A stretch of DNA of 63,808 nucleotides, the filler included, from Nemertoderma westbladi (lineage: Eukaryota; Animalia; Xenacoelomorpha): the NCBI GenBank assembly GCA_032718475.1. It is 4 parts of 4 records of this genome, joined end to end, with 100 filler letters (N's around TTAATTAATTAA, not from the genome) between each part and the next. Parts side by side here need not be neighbours in the genome. Positions count along the whole stretch, not along the records: positions 1 to 20,755 come from JAUCBJ010006566.1; 3 more parts are not named here. One strand, 5' to 3'. This document shows, piece after piece, positions 1 through 13,400 of this stretch. Numbering within the stretch: the first letter of the stretch is position 1; every line of letters starts with the position of its first letter. The notes under the pieces are model-generated. The model saw only the letters and a list, made by a program, of their open reading frames with translations, was not told the origin of the DNA and did no database searches. The position numbers and the translations under genes were made by a program.

Positions 1-177
1 TCCAGCAACAAGTTTCTGTGTGTGAGGGGGTCCAGCAACAAGTTTCTGTGTGTGAGGGAGTCCAGCAACAAGTTTCTGTGTGTGCGGGGGTCCAGCAACA
101 AGTTTCTGTGTGTAAGGGGGTCCAGCAACAAGTTTCTGTGTGTGAGGGGTCCAGCAACAAGTTTCTGTGTGTGAGGA
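1..177. repeat. 30-bp tandem minisatellite (GGGGTCCAGCAACAAGTTTCTGTGTGTGAG), about 6 copies, cut by the window start
   Basis: Tandem units visible directly; they explain ORF 18..302 (CEGVQQQVSV repeats). Confidence 0.9.
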
Positions 178-519
178 GTAGCCCATTGGTAAGGACTTTT
201 ATTCCATATATTTCATTCACTATGTACGATAACTTTCCAATTTCGGCGATAATTCTATATGAGATTAATATCTACTCTATTTGCCGCACTTGCACGGAAT
301 AATATAGATAGTAATTGTAATACCAAGCCAAAGATATGTCTGTGTCTCCAATTCCCCACATGTGTGTCTCCCACATTGGTGTAAGCTGGGACAAACTTAA
401 CTAATTAAACTAATTAAACTAATTAACAGCTAAAATTACAAAGATTTTAATAGTGGAAAGGAGAGTAGGACGTTTTGAATTACCGGTATACCGATTATCA
501 AAATAAAAATGTCTATAAT

Positions 520-1310
520 TAATCCCCTGTATAGTACCCCACCCCTCCTCCCCATCACTCCCCTACATACCCCACCCCCCTCCCCATCACTCCCCCTGTA
601 TACCCCCTCACTCCCCTGCATACCCCACCCCCCTCTCCATCACTCCCCTGTATACCCACCCCCCCCTCCCCATCACTCCCCCTGTATACCCCCTCACTCC
701 CCTGCATACCCCACCACCCCCGCCCCATCACTCCCCCCTGTATACCCCTCACTCCCCTGTATTACCCCCTCACTCCCCTGTATACCCCACCCCTGTATAC
801 CCCACCCCCTGTATACACCCTCACTCCCTGTATACCCCTCACTCCCCTGCATACCCCACCCCCCTCCCCATCACTCCCCCTGTATACCCCATCACTCCCC
901 TGTTATACCCCCTCACTCCCCTGTATACCCCACCCCCCTCCATCACTCCCCTGTATACCCCCTCACTCCCCTGTATACCCCACCCCCCTCCATCACTCCC
1001 CTGTATACACCCTCACTCCCCTGCATACCCCCTCACTCCCCTGTATACCCCACCCCCCTATCCATCACTCCCCTGTATATCCCCCTCCCCTCCATCACTC
1101 CCCTGTATATCCCCCTCCCCTCCATCACTCCCCTGTATACCCCACCCCCCTCTCCATCACTCCTCCTGTATACCTTCCCTAACTCCCTTCTAGCCCCCCT
1201 CCCTCACTCCCCTGTATATCCCCCTCCCCTCCATCACTCCCCTGTATACACCCCTTCCCCTCCATCACTCCCCTGTCTGTACACCCCCCCCCCCCCCCCA
1301 TCCATCCCCA
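520..1310. repeat. C-rich degenerate minisatellite (CATCACTCCCCTGTATACCCC-like units), intronic in LAMP
   Basis: Recurrent units; the P/H/S-rich ORFs here are repeat translations. Confidence 0.85.
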
Positions 1311-1344
1311 CATTGTACCGTTATATCTATATTATATCGCATAG

Positions 1345-1451
1345 ATGATGTATATAAAGTAATGGATGCCGACAAGAAGGTATGTCTCATGGTTCAGATG
1401 AAAGCCACTATTACTTTTACTGGACATGATGGTCTAACGCCTAATACTCCG
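1345..1451 (+). CDS. LAMP1: LAMP exon, start of luminal domain 1 (DDVYKVMDADKKVCLMVQMKATITFTG...)
   Basis: catag| acceptor and |gttagt donor; homologous to the domain-2 start NYSVAGADNKTCMMVDIAVKFTF; not in the ORF track. Confidence 0.85.
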
Positions 1452-4400
1452 GTTAGTAAATTTCGATATTATTCATTTGAAGTTTTAGTTCTGAAGATTT
1501 AATTATATATTAGTTATTTGAGTTAATAACTTTTTTTCATTGAGTTCTGTCTTGGTAGCATTTATATGCAATCCAACCTCCTTAGCAACCTCCCCACTTT
1601 ATTCAGTAGAAGCTGTGCATCTGTTACCGTATTAGAGAGCAGGGCGATGTCATCCGCAAAGTCGGTGTCTGTGACTGTAGTTGCCGTATTCCCTTCGGGA
1701 CCCGACGGATTCCAAAGGACGGAGCAGCCTGCGGGGCTAATACGAGCCTGAAAAGGACTCGAAACGTGACGGAAAGCTGCATTCCCTCGCCAGACACGAC
1801 GGACGCGGACTGGACGGATCACAAGTAGTTGTGGGGTTAAAATCTTCTAAAAGTAAAAGTCGGTAGTCTTATAAAGTGTCAGTGATCTTATAAAATAAAT
1901 ACTTAATTATCATTTTGTCCGTAGGTTTATTATATTTGTGTATATTCTAATTGTTGGTGTTGGTGTGGGGAAGCCCAAATATTTAGAATCAGATCGTTTA
2001 CAGAGAATCAGTTATACGAGAATAAATGGATGTTCAACCGAAGCTATTCCTTTTTCACGGCCTACACGACATACTTTAAGTTTTCCCCACACAATATAGT
2101 TTCAAGAACTTACATCGACGTCATCCCTTTGGATCCATGATTGACGGCAACAAGGATGACATACATTGATACATGTATTTAAAAATAGTAGAATAGCTTA
2201 GTCGAAGTAAAATAAAGTACCGGTAATTGATTTATTTTATTTAATTTATTTTCGTACATTATATATATGAAATGCATCATAACAATATAAGTACAGCGTA
2301 CCGGTATGTATTGTACAGTATACATATAAAGATTAGCACAAGGTAAATAATAATATATAATAAAGGTAAGATCAACAAGTGACGGCATAATAGACACATC
2401 ATAGAGATATCAGATCAGGCCTAATTTTAAAAATACAGCAACAAAAGAAAAACTGACACATAATTTGTCCGATAACAAAGTAGTATTAACAAACTTTATA
2501 AATCGGTTATATAACATTATAAGACGGTGACAAAAACTTACAATCCCTTCGACTTGATATCTGTGAGACTTAAAATGTAGATTCCAAACATTACGTACAT
2601 TATTCCACACTAGAGTACAGCAAGCACAAATATACTGAATATATAATATAATATATAATAGAAATAGAAATATAGACTATGGTAACTAAGTAGAAATGAT
2701 CAGCTTGTACACATATACGATAACATATAATCTAATTCTTCTGCAGAAAACCCCGGCACTTCTAAAGTGCTCAGCCGGCAATCCAAAAGTTCCCTACAAA
2801 TGCGCACTTTATAATTGTTAGCACCGTCACTGCATGGTACATACTTCAATATCTTAACTTGATTATGTTTTAATAATCTTAAATTGTGTTCATTACATAA
2901 ATTGCCAATTTTCCTAAAATTACACCCGGCACGAGATCTACAATCAAATAAAAATAATTCTGCCAAGAAACGAATAGATGGTTTTTTATTTTATTTTTAT
3001 TTATTTATTTATTCCAGACATCAGTAAAATTAAATACATAATACAGACGTCCATATAGCACAGTAAAACAATAAATTGTATTATTATAATTAAATCAACG
3101 TATGTAATGTATGGTAGGGTATAGGGTAGGCTTACTATGTAAGCATCCAGTAAAAAAAAAAATATATTGCATATTAGGTAATATAATAAAAAAATGCCCT
3201 TAGTACAGTAGGCTAGAGTCCAGCATGGCCCGTATCCGCGACGTAGCGGACGTTACCCTGGTGACCGCTTGGATAAGTTTATTATTACTCGCATCTACTC
3301 TGGTAAATAAACTCCTAATCGATTTATGACGGATATGTATGAAACATGGTAGATTGTTATTTCCAAAAAAGAGGGACATACTGTAACCACTTTGTATGGA
3401 GAATAACAACCTAGCCGCCCTATTATACGCCACCTTTAAACGATTATACACTACAGAAGAGTAATTGCTACGTGACCACAATGAATTACAATATACCGTA
3501 GTTAAAAATGCACGAAACAAAGTAACTTTAGCTGATATAGAACAGCATTTAAATTTTCGAACTAACGTATTTGCCTTTGCGTATAACCCTCTATTAGCTT
3601 TCTTGATGTCATAATCATCATCCCTACTCTCATGAAATAAGTGCCCTAAATATACCCATTTGTGAGCTCTGGAAATCTGTTTACCATATAAAAAGAAAGG
3701 AATAACACCATTATTACTATAACTACTAGACAAAAAATACATGACCTTGGTTTTCTTTAGATTGAAAATAATATTGTGATTTACAGCATAACTAAAGCAA
3801 CAATTGATAAGAGACTGCAAACCAATAGCGGAATTAGAGATGAGACATATATCGTCTGCATACATTATATGATTTAATCTACAACCGTCTAATAAGCACC
3901 CCACATTGGTATCCACTAAATCGTAACTGAGTTGATCCATGTATACGTTAAATAAGTATCCACTCAAAATACCCCCCTGCTTAACCCCATTTGATACTGT
4001 AAAAGGACTAGAAAAAGATTCACCCCATTTGACCTGCAATGTTTGCTTTCTGTACCAATAAGCTAATACCCTAACAATATACTTGGGTATACCCTTGAGG
4101 AGAAGTTTCTCAAAAAGTTTATCATGTAGTATTCTATCAAATGCTTTGCTAGAGTCCACAAAGCACACATATACTGAAGAACCGTTATATAAATAATAAT
4201 CAATTATCTCCTTGAGGGTAAAAATGCACATGTTTTAAAGAGGTCAATAAACTTTGAGCAAACGAAACAAACCTAGATTGAATCATTATACATGGGTGAT
4301 TGAACTGCACAATATTTTCTACGATATATCTATGTGTTGTACGGGGTAAGCCAAAAATAATCCTCACATTGATATTCCAAGCACTATAAATACGTGTACA

Positions 4401-7400
4401 TTGTGGAGAAAAAAGGTCCCAAAGACTACTTCCATAAAAACATGTGGCATAAATTCGTTGTATGTTACACAATTGATACTAATTAATTTAGTAACAATAA
4501 TATATTAATTTACTGTAACTAGCACTGGTATTTCGCATACTGGTAGCAATTCTAGAACATATGATCTTGTTTATCACATTTCTTCGAACTTCTTGAATGT
4601 GAAGGGGAAGCGGCATAGCACGAATTAACAATATCCCGCAATAATTTAGTATTCTGCAAATCTTATTTTTTGTACCACTGTATATAGCTTCTACAAATAA
4701 ACCTTGTATAACTACAACAGTGCTGAAGCTAATTTATTTGCGTCAGGTTCTATAACCGAATACCACCTTCTGGGACAGGCGATAATCGATGTATAGCGAT
4801 TGTAGGTTAAACAGTAGTCCTACAGTATTTAAAATAATGACTGGGTAGTGGGTAGGGTATTATGAATAATCTTCTACAAATTACATTGCATAGACTATAA
4901 TCTTTAAATTTGAATTATTTAAGGGAGTAAGTAAATCTTTGGTCCAAAACGTCCGACAAGCAATTCTTATATTTCACTCATTGGGCCGAAAAGTAATAGG
5001 CCAAAACGTCTTGGACCGAATCGTCTGTTACCCAGCCCTGCAGCCGACTGTAGGGGTCCATTTGTTACACCTTAAACCAAGTGTGCCGCCTGGGTTAGGT
5101 TACCTAACACTGGTAGAGAAGCATCCAGTCCAGCATACATTACTATTGCATAAATCATTTGGTATAATTGCTTTTTTTTAGAAAAATTTATATGCACTTA
5201 TATATTTATATACTCCATATTATTATTATTATTATTATTTAGATTCCGTATACGGCTGATCTTCCAAATGCCAAAGATGTTACAACCACTGGCGACTGCG
5301 ATGGATCTTCCGAGAGGTCAATTACACTGGCGTGGAAAGACCAGCTACAAGTTGGTGCCAATTTTAATTTTACCTATACGTTTGTTAACGAGAAGAAGGT
5401 CGTTTCCGTAAAGTCTATTCACGTCAACATTACCAGCGTTGGCAACCCGGCTTTTATGATTGGTGGGTTATATTGTATTTAGGATATTTAATTTTCTGCG
5501 TTGTTGTGTTTATTAACTAAGTACACGGTTGTAGCATAACATGGAGGGTTTGATTGTTTGTTTGACTTTTTTTTTCCAAATTAACATAGTTAAAATCGAT
5601 AAACACTGATACCGTAGAAAACACAACAAAATATAACTATAAATAAAGGTAGCTTTAAACTGACAGTAAGTTAACCACTCAGACATTACAATTAACTCTA
5701 TGATTAAAATACACATTATATAAAAGTAAATAAAATATTAAATCGCTGTTAACTATACTTTAGGACGATAACACATGGCACCATAAGGTAACATTAAACT
5801 AAATATATTTATTGAACCTCCAACACAAGTAAAGTATTAAATATTATGATTAATTAATTGCGAGCAATTAGTAAAATCAAATGTGATAAAAGAAACGGGG
5901 AATAAGTTATCTAATTGAAAATAGCTATAGTGCTGCACCAATTGGGAATCTAGGCGTTTCCATAAAGGTCACATTTAAGGTGATAATCAAAATTAAATAA
6001 GAGTAAATTAAAAATCTAATATTAAATATATGAAGTAGGGGAATATCAACGCCAATAACATCGGACTAATTACTCTTAAAATTAAAATCCTATTGACTGC
6101 GTTTATTGTTTTGGTTAGAATTACGTGCGACTGTAACATTTGAGGCGATATAATAATTCAACGGTGAAACAGGATTACGTATATATTTTGAATATATATT
6201 ACGAATATTCTCAATCTTATACAAATATACTTTACCATAAAACGCAATACTTACTGAATGCGTATTGAGAGTTATTATTATAATGGGTTATTATAATTCA
6301 TTTAATTAATATTATAGGCTCAAAATCACAAAAAGTGGCCAAAATTTTTTTTTTTTGATCCAATTTTTTTTGTAAAAAAAAAAGTATGTAATATTATATA
6401 TCACCAGAAAGCTCTCGATGCGCTGAATTCAATGGTGGTAATTTTCCAATAGCCCCGACCTCATGGTAACAAATAATTGAGAAAAACAGATGTCCATTCC
6501 TTTAACACTTCTCCCACAATGTAACGCCCGATATCAGCCACTCAGAGCCCTTGAATGGTGATTTCCGATGCCTGTAACAATTTGTCCCACCATGTAACAC
6601 CAGTTGTAATTACACTGAAATGTTAAATTAACCTAGATTTCGTATATGAGTGGGAGCTATGCAGCCATTCCTGATCCCAGTAACAGCTCCCAATAAAGCT
6701 TATTTGAAAATATAATCAATCATACGAAATCTTTATGGTCCCCATTTCTGGAAAAATTATAAAATACTATAGTTTATCAAATAACATAAAAAGTTTTAAC
6801 CATTTTAGGTACTTTAGGGACGATTTATATGAAAATCCACAATGTATGACGAGTTTATTACCGAGTTTATAACTGTATATCACTATGGCTGAGCAGTTAG
6901 TCAAAACCTATAAATTGTTCATCAGTTTCATCTCCACGCTCCACATAACCTCATGTACTCCCCACTCCATCTTCTACACTCTCCATAGATTCTCCTGTAT
7001 TCCAAACGTTATCTTGTATAGCCGCCACGGATCTTCCCATACCCCCCACTCCTTCAAAACCTGTAAATTCTTCATTATCACTTTCATCCCCACCCTCAAC
7101 AGATCCACCTGTACCTTCCACTCCATCTTCCCCACCCTCCTCAGATCCTCCTGTACTTCTCACCCTGTCTCCCACACCCTCCACAGATCCTCCTGTACTT
7201 CTCACCCTGTCTCCCACACCCTCCACAGATCCTCCTGTACTTCTCACCCTGTCTCCCACACCCTCCACAGATCCTCCTGTACTTCTCACCCTGTCTCCCA
7301 CACCCTCCACAGATCCTCCTGTACTTCTCACCCTGTCTCCCACACCCTCCACAGATCCTCCTGTACTTCTCACCCTGTCTCCCACACCCTCCACAGATCC

Positions 7401-10400
7401 TCCTGTACTTCTCACCCTGTCTCCCACAACCTCCACAGATCCTCCTGTACTTCCCACTCCGTCTCCCACACCCTCCACAGATCCTCCTGTACTTTTCACC
7501 CTGTCTCCCACACCCTCCACAGATCCTCCTGTACGTTTCACCCTGTCTCCCACACCCTCCACAGATACTCCTGTACTTTTCACCCTGTCTCCCACACCCT
7601 CCACAGATCCTCCTGTACTTTTCACCCTGTCTCCCACACCCTCCACAGATACTCCTGTACTTTTCACCCTGTCTCCCACACCCTCCACAGATCCTCCTGT
7701 ACTTCTCACCCTGTCTCCCACACCCTCCACAGATCCTCCTGTACTTCTCACTCTGTCTCCCACACCCTCCCCAGATCATCCTGTACTTATCACCCTGTCT
7801 CCCACACCCTCCACAGATCCTCCTGTACTTATCACCTTGTCTCCCACACCCTCCCCAGATCCTCCCATACTTTTCACCCTGACTCCCACACCCTCCACAG
7901 ATCCTCCCATTCTCCTCTCGCACCTCTAACTACTGCTCTCGCACTAACTACTCCTCTCGCTCCTCCAACTGCTCCCCTTTCCCTTCCACATCTACCTTTT
8001 CCCCTCACACCTCCAACTGCTCCTCTTGCACCTCTACCTTTTCCCCTCGCACCTCCAACTGCTCCCCTTGCACCTCTACATTTTCCCATCACACCTCCAA
8101 CTACTCCCCTTGCACCTCTATTTTTTTCCCTCCCACCTCTAAAAGCTTCCCTCACGGAGCTCCCAATCTCCCTCTCCCAATCGCAGAAGATAGATCTAAG
8201 ATGGACCGCATTCCATATAAGACAGATCAGTATTATTAGTCCTATTTTTATTTACTTGATACCGGAACGGCAAGCTGATGTCTAATAAGTAATGAAATGT
8301 GGTCTCTATTCTATACCGTACTACTAGGATCGGCATGCTGCATTGCAGCTGCATTTTTAAGAATGCTGTGCCGGCTTGTCAACAAAATTGCACCGCCACA
8401 ACTCCCTATCACCCATGACATTTGCTAGATCATCCGCATCTTTAAGGCCAGTGTTCTTTAAGATGCGTCTCAAGAAAGTCATGGGCTGTCCACCATGCTT
8501 ATTCACTCCATGAGGCTGCCAAAGTACAAGATTATGCACTGGCTGGTCCTCACGGCGAAAGCAATGTCCTGCAAAGCGGAGGCGATTTTGTTCTAGTGTC
8601 AAGCTTGGGGGAACCAATGAGACACCTCCAATGTTATATAGTGTCTGGTTGGAGATGTGTGCATTGTACTTGACACAATGAACCCGGCGTAGCATTCTTG
8701 TGAATGTGCCATCCAGAGATTTGGTGTCCTCAGCAGTTAGAGCCCAGCATGGACTCCCGTAGAGGAGTACTGGAACTACTGCTGCTCTAAATAATCGGAC
8801 CTTAAGTTTCCGATTAATTCTCGGTGACTTCCAAATCCTGGAAAGCCTATTCAAGGCTGCCCATGCCTTTCCCTTACGTATTCGAAGGTCCTCACCTGAC
8901 TTCCGGATCCATGATCCCAGGTAACAGAAGTCGTCCACATGCTCAAGCATACCATCCTTTGAGCTTATGCTCATCCGATCAGAGACTTGCTGAGGACTTT
9001 CAAAGTTAACTGTCAGAATTTTGGTCTTTCTGGAGTTAATAAAAAGACCAACACTAGAAGCAGCATGTTCTAATGAGCTGAGGAGCCGTTGGGCTCCCTC
9101 TAATGATTCTGAGAGTACTCCTAAGTCATCAGCAAAGTCTAGATCAGTTAGGTACTTGGCAGGATTTCCTCGACTTCTGGAGCCAGTAGGTGGAGTTATC
9201 ATCACCCCATCATCATTATAATGATCTAAGGACATTCGTAGAACATAGTCAACCACAATAATGAACAAGAATGGTGCAAGTGTGTCTCCTTGGAGGACGC
9301 CCCATAACACTTCAAATGGTTCTGTGTCACCGTCAACAGTAGACACAAATGTTGTCGAACAAGCAACAAGGAACGGCAAGCTGATGTCTAATAAGTAATG
9401 AAATGTGGTCTCTATTCTATACCGTAGTCACATAGTGTCTGTATCAGTGTCTTATAACTGGTTCTGGTTAGGATTAGTTTGTTTAGTAGTCAATAGTAAA
9501 CTCTATGCACTGCGCTCTCTGTAGATCCAATAACTTCAAATCAAACGCAATAAAGAGGCAGCACTGTTACTGTTACCGGTACAACTGTAGGTAGGTAAGT
9601 ACCAATTCACAGTTAATACTGCTGTTCTGTGTGCATGACCTACAGTCTTATCAATATTATAAAGTCTGCACTACTAAAGTGTTACAGGTGAGACATGTCC
9701 CATTCTGTAGCCCAAAATTATTCGATTTACTTGTTACATGTGGGACGTCCCGTACCTCCTTGTAACCATTTTTTGTGAAACAGGCTTTTGTTACAGGTGG
9801 GACAAAGCTCATGCTGATAAATGTAAAAGCAACTAAAGTCTATTCCATAGTCAATTGTTGCCACAAATGATTACTCACGCAAAAGACCAAGAACTTGGCT
9901 ATACGCTGATATTTGAATCTTCATATCACGTTTGTTAGAACTGATTCTAGAGCATGGTAAAGCAGTGCACTTGGTGTTACACATGGGACAATCCTAATGG
10001 ACATAATCGACTCGCACGTATAAAACAAGCCAAATCTCCGGTTGTGTTTAGTATTTTTTCGTAAAATCTGGTACATTCCACTTCTTGAAGATTTTCCTTT
10101 CAAATAAGAGTTTCGTTTATAGAATCCAAATAAAAACCTATTGGTGAATTCAGTTGTTAACGTTTGGGACAAGTAATTGTCAAAAATAGGGGTATATTAT
10201 CTATTGTTTTATTTAAATATGATATCAATTAAACAATTTGGGAGTTATTCCATTGCATTCCTCTATTATTTAGCTTTAAAATGAGCTATAACTTGTTGAA
10301 ATACACCCAGTAGATGTCAAAATACATCCCCCATAATGCAATGAACTTTTTTGGACAATGGAAAAACCTGCATTTTTTAGTACTAAAAGGTCTGTAAAAT

Positions 10401-13400
10401 CTTTCAAAGTCGGAGTGGCAGTATGATTTTTTGTGCATCTGTTGGACCATAAAATTATCTTCAAAAATATATATAACTTTACTAGGTTCCAAAAAAAATT
10501 TCATTCTAAAATTAAGTCGAATCGTGTGGGAAACGTTTTTGGCCACTTTTTGTGAGTTTGGGCCTGTAACGTTATTGTTTAGTTGTTTGATTTATTTCCT
10601 ATTAATATAATAGGTTCTATTGATGTTACTATTACACCTAAGAGTGACTTCAACCACGCGATAGACACTTCATATAAGTGCGACACCCAGGTGATACACG
10701 GTGCCAACGATCCCAATAAAACCGCCGTTGCTATGTCCGAAGTTCAGCTGCAGGCCTTCGGTGTGTCGGATGGGAAGTTCTCCAACGGTTAGTTACATTA
10801 ATTATTAGAACGGCAGGACAGAACCACGACCTGCTCACTCAACTCACAAAACTGTTGTTACTCAACTTGTTTTTGCGTCTTCTTTCTCAAAAATTTGGAA
10901 ATAAATGTTACTCGTGTAAGGGCAACCCAAGCGCAGTTTCACAGTGTAATACTAATTAACTAACTGTAACTTATCTAACTGAGTAAACTTACTATCTAAC
11001 TGAGTAAACTTACTAACTAACTAATTATCTAATTAACTAACTGTAACTTATCTAACTGAGTAAACTTACCATCTAACTGAGTAAACTTACTAACTAACTA
11101 ATTATCTAATTAACTAACTGTAACTTATCTAACTGAGTAAACTTACTATCTAACTGAGTAAACTTACTAACTAACTAATTAACTAACTGTAACTTATCTA
11201 ACTGAGTAAACTTACTATCTAACTGAGTAAACTTACTATCTAACTGAGTAAACTTACTATCTAACTGAGTAAACTTACTATCTAACTGAGTAAACTTACT
11301 AACTAACTGAGTAAACTTACTAACTAACTAATTGTAGCTGACTTACTTACTAACTAACTAATTGTAACTGACTTACTTACTAACTAACTAATTGTAGCTG
11401 ACTTACTAACTAACTAATTATCTAACTAACCAACTAATTGTAGCTGACTTACTAACTAACTAATTATCTAACTAACCAACTAATTGTACCTGACTTACTA
11501 ACTAACCAACTAATTGTAGCTGACGTACTAACTAACTAATAATCTAACTAACTAACTAATTATCTAATTAACTAAGAAACTAACTAATAATCTAACTAAC
11601 TAACTAATTATCTAATTAACTAAGAAACTAACTAATTATCTAACTAACCAACTAATTGTAGCTGACTTACTAACTAACTAATAATCTAACTAACTAACTA
11701 ATTATCTAATTAACTAAGAAACTAACTAAATATATAACTAACCAACTAATTGTAGCTGACTTACTAACTAACTAATTATCTAACTAACTAACTAATTATC
11801 TAATTAACTAAGAAACTAACTAATAATCTAACTAACTAACTAATTATCTAATTAACTAAGAAACTAACTAATTATCTAACTAACCAACTAATTGTAACTT
11901 ACTTACTAACTATCTATCTAACTAACTAAATATTTATTTACTTACAAGGTGAGAGGAGATAAGTTTAAGTGAAGTGAAGCGAAGATTAGTTGTATTTACC
12001 AACATCATATATATTTAAATATATTAATGTTCCTAGACAACGTTTTATTGATTAAATAGTGTCGGTTGATTGAAATTCGCTATATTATTTGTTAGTTTTT
12101 ATCCGTGAAAAGAAATTCTCAATGATTATTTGTTGATCTTCGCAGCTACTGAATGTCCCCAGGATTCTCACAGCACACCCACACCCACCCCAACCCCCAC
12201 GCCCTCCCCAACTCCGAAACCCTCCACTGCAACGCCACCCCACCCTACAACCACCCCACCCTCACCAGTTAACCCGGGTGACCCAACCCCTGGTAACTAT
12301 TCCGTCGCTGGCGCCGACAATAAAACATGTATGATGGTCGATATCGCTGTCAAATTCACCTTCAACTACACCAAGAAAGATAACAAAGTAGGTGGATCAA
12401 CCCACACTAGGGCCTGAAGCGGTAAATTTTTCCGTCAACCGGTTATCCATTTCCAATTAACCGGTTAAAAAGTAAAACCTACCTAGATCTACAACCAATG
12501 GTGCAACATACATACTAAGGTACATACTATGAAACTGAAAGTTATATCGCTGACAGTCCCCAAACTTAGGCTACAGTACCGGTATGTATATTTATTATGT
12601 AAGCTAAGCTAAGAGGTATCCGTCCCTTGCGGTACTGTTAAGTGCCTCTATTGTGATAGAGCCACCAGTACTATTAGTTGATGTTTACTGTACTGTAGTC
12701 CTACAGCTGCATACAGTTCAAAATGAATTTCTGAAACATCGCAATGGGAAATACTTATTAATATGGTAACATACAGCTGTAATAAAACTGGTAACAGAAC
12801 CTGAAAATCTGAAAAATGGGACATTACGTCGGTTAACCGGTTAATCAATTTCTAACCGGTTAATTTGAATTAACCGGTTAACCGCTTCAGGCCCTATCCC
12901 ACACTAATACTAGTATATATAGTCTTGTATGCAGGCACAGGGTGGTGTATGGTTGTGGCGATAATGTGAGGGGGGGGGGGGGGGCATGACCCTCCTCCCC
13001 CCCCCCCCCCCCCCCCTCCTAAATCCGCCGCTGCTTGCCTTTTTTGCTACCATCTTTAGCAGTCCCATCCTGGTGCGTTCAAATAGGTGTCGGATAGTGT
13101 GTCAAACATATTCCCCCTTAATAAGAGGGTCAAGAGAATGAATACACAATTTAGACGCAATAATGTCGTGGATGGGATTTTTCAGTGATGAGTTTGTATT
13201 TAGTGAATATAAACCGAACTGGCCGTGCGCACGACTTTGGTATGAGACCACGCAACCTTCGCACAAACAGACCGGTTGCCCGACCTCGGTACTCAAACCT
13301 ACAGATAATCGGTCTGGATTCGTCAGCAGTTGCAGCATCCACCTGGTCGCTGACCTCGGGGGGTACAACCACTGGTACCCCGCCCTCAGAACCACTACTC

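Larger units (their letters stand above)
6315..10566. mobile_element. Non-autonomous TIR DNA transposon (about 4.25 kb, TA-flanked, Tc1/mariner-like ends) containing a minisatellite and an RTE insertion
   Basis: Left end TAGGCTCAAAATCACAAAAAGTGGCCAAAA; reverse complement of right end CAGGCCCAAACTCACAAAAAGTGGCCAAAA; TA on both flanks. Confidence 0.65.

Noticed and set aside
509-1348. 279-aa Pro/His-rich extensin-like ORF
   Set aside because: Low-complexity C-rich minisatellite inside a LAMP intron.
1925-2100. Possible LAMP signal-peptide exon (FIIFVYILIVGVGVG...)
   Set aside because: It lies downstream of the exon that begins domain 1, runs into a stop, and exons 1451 and 5243 already join in frame.
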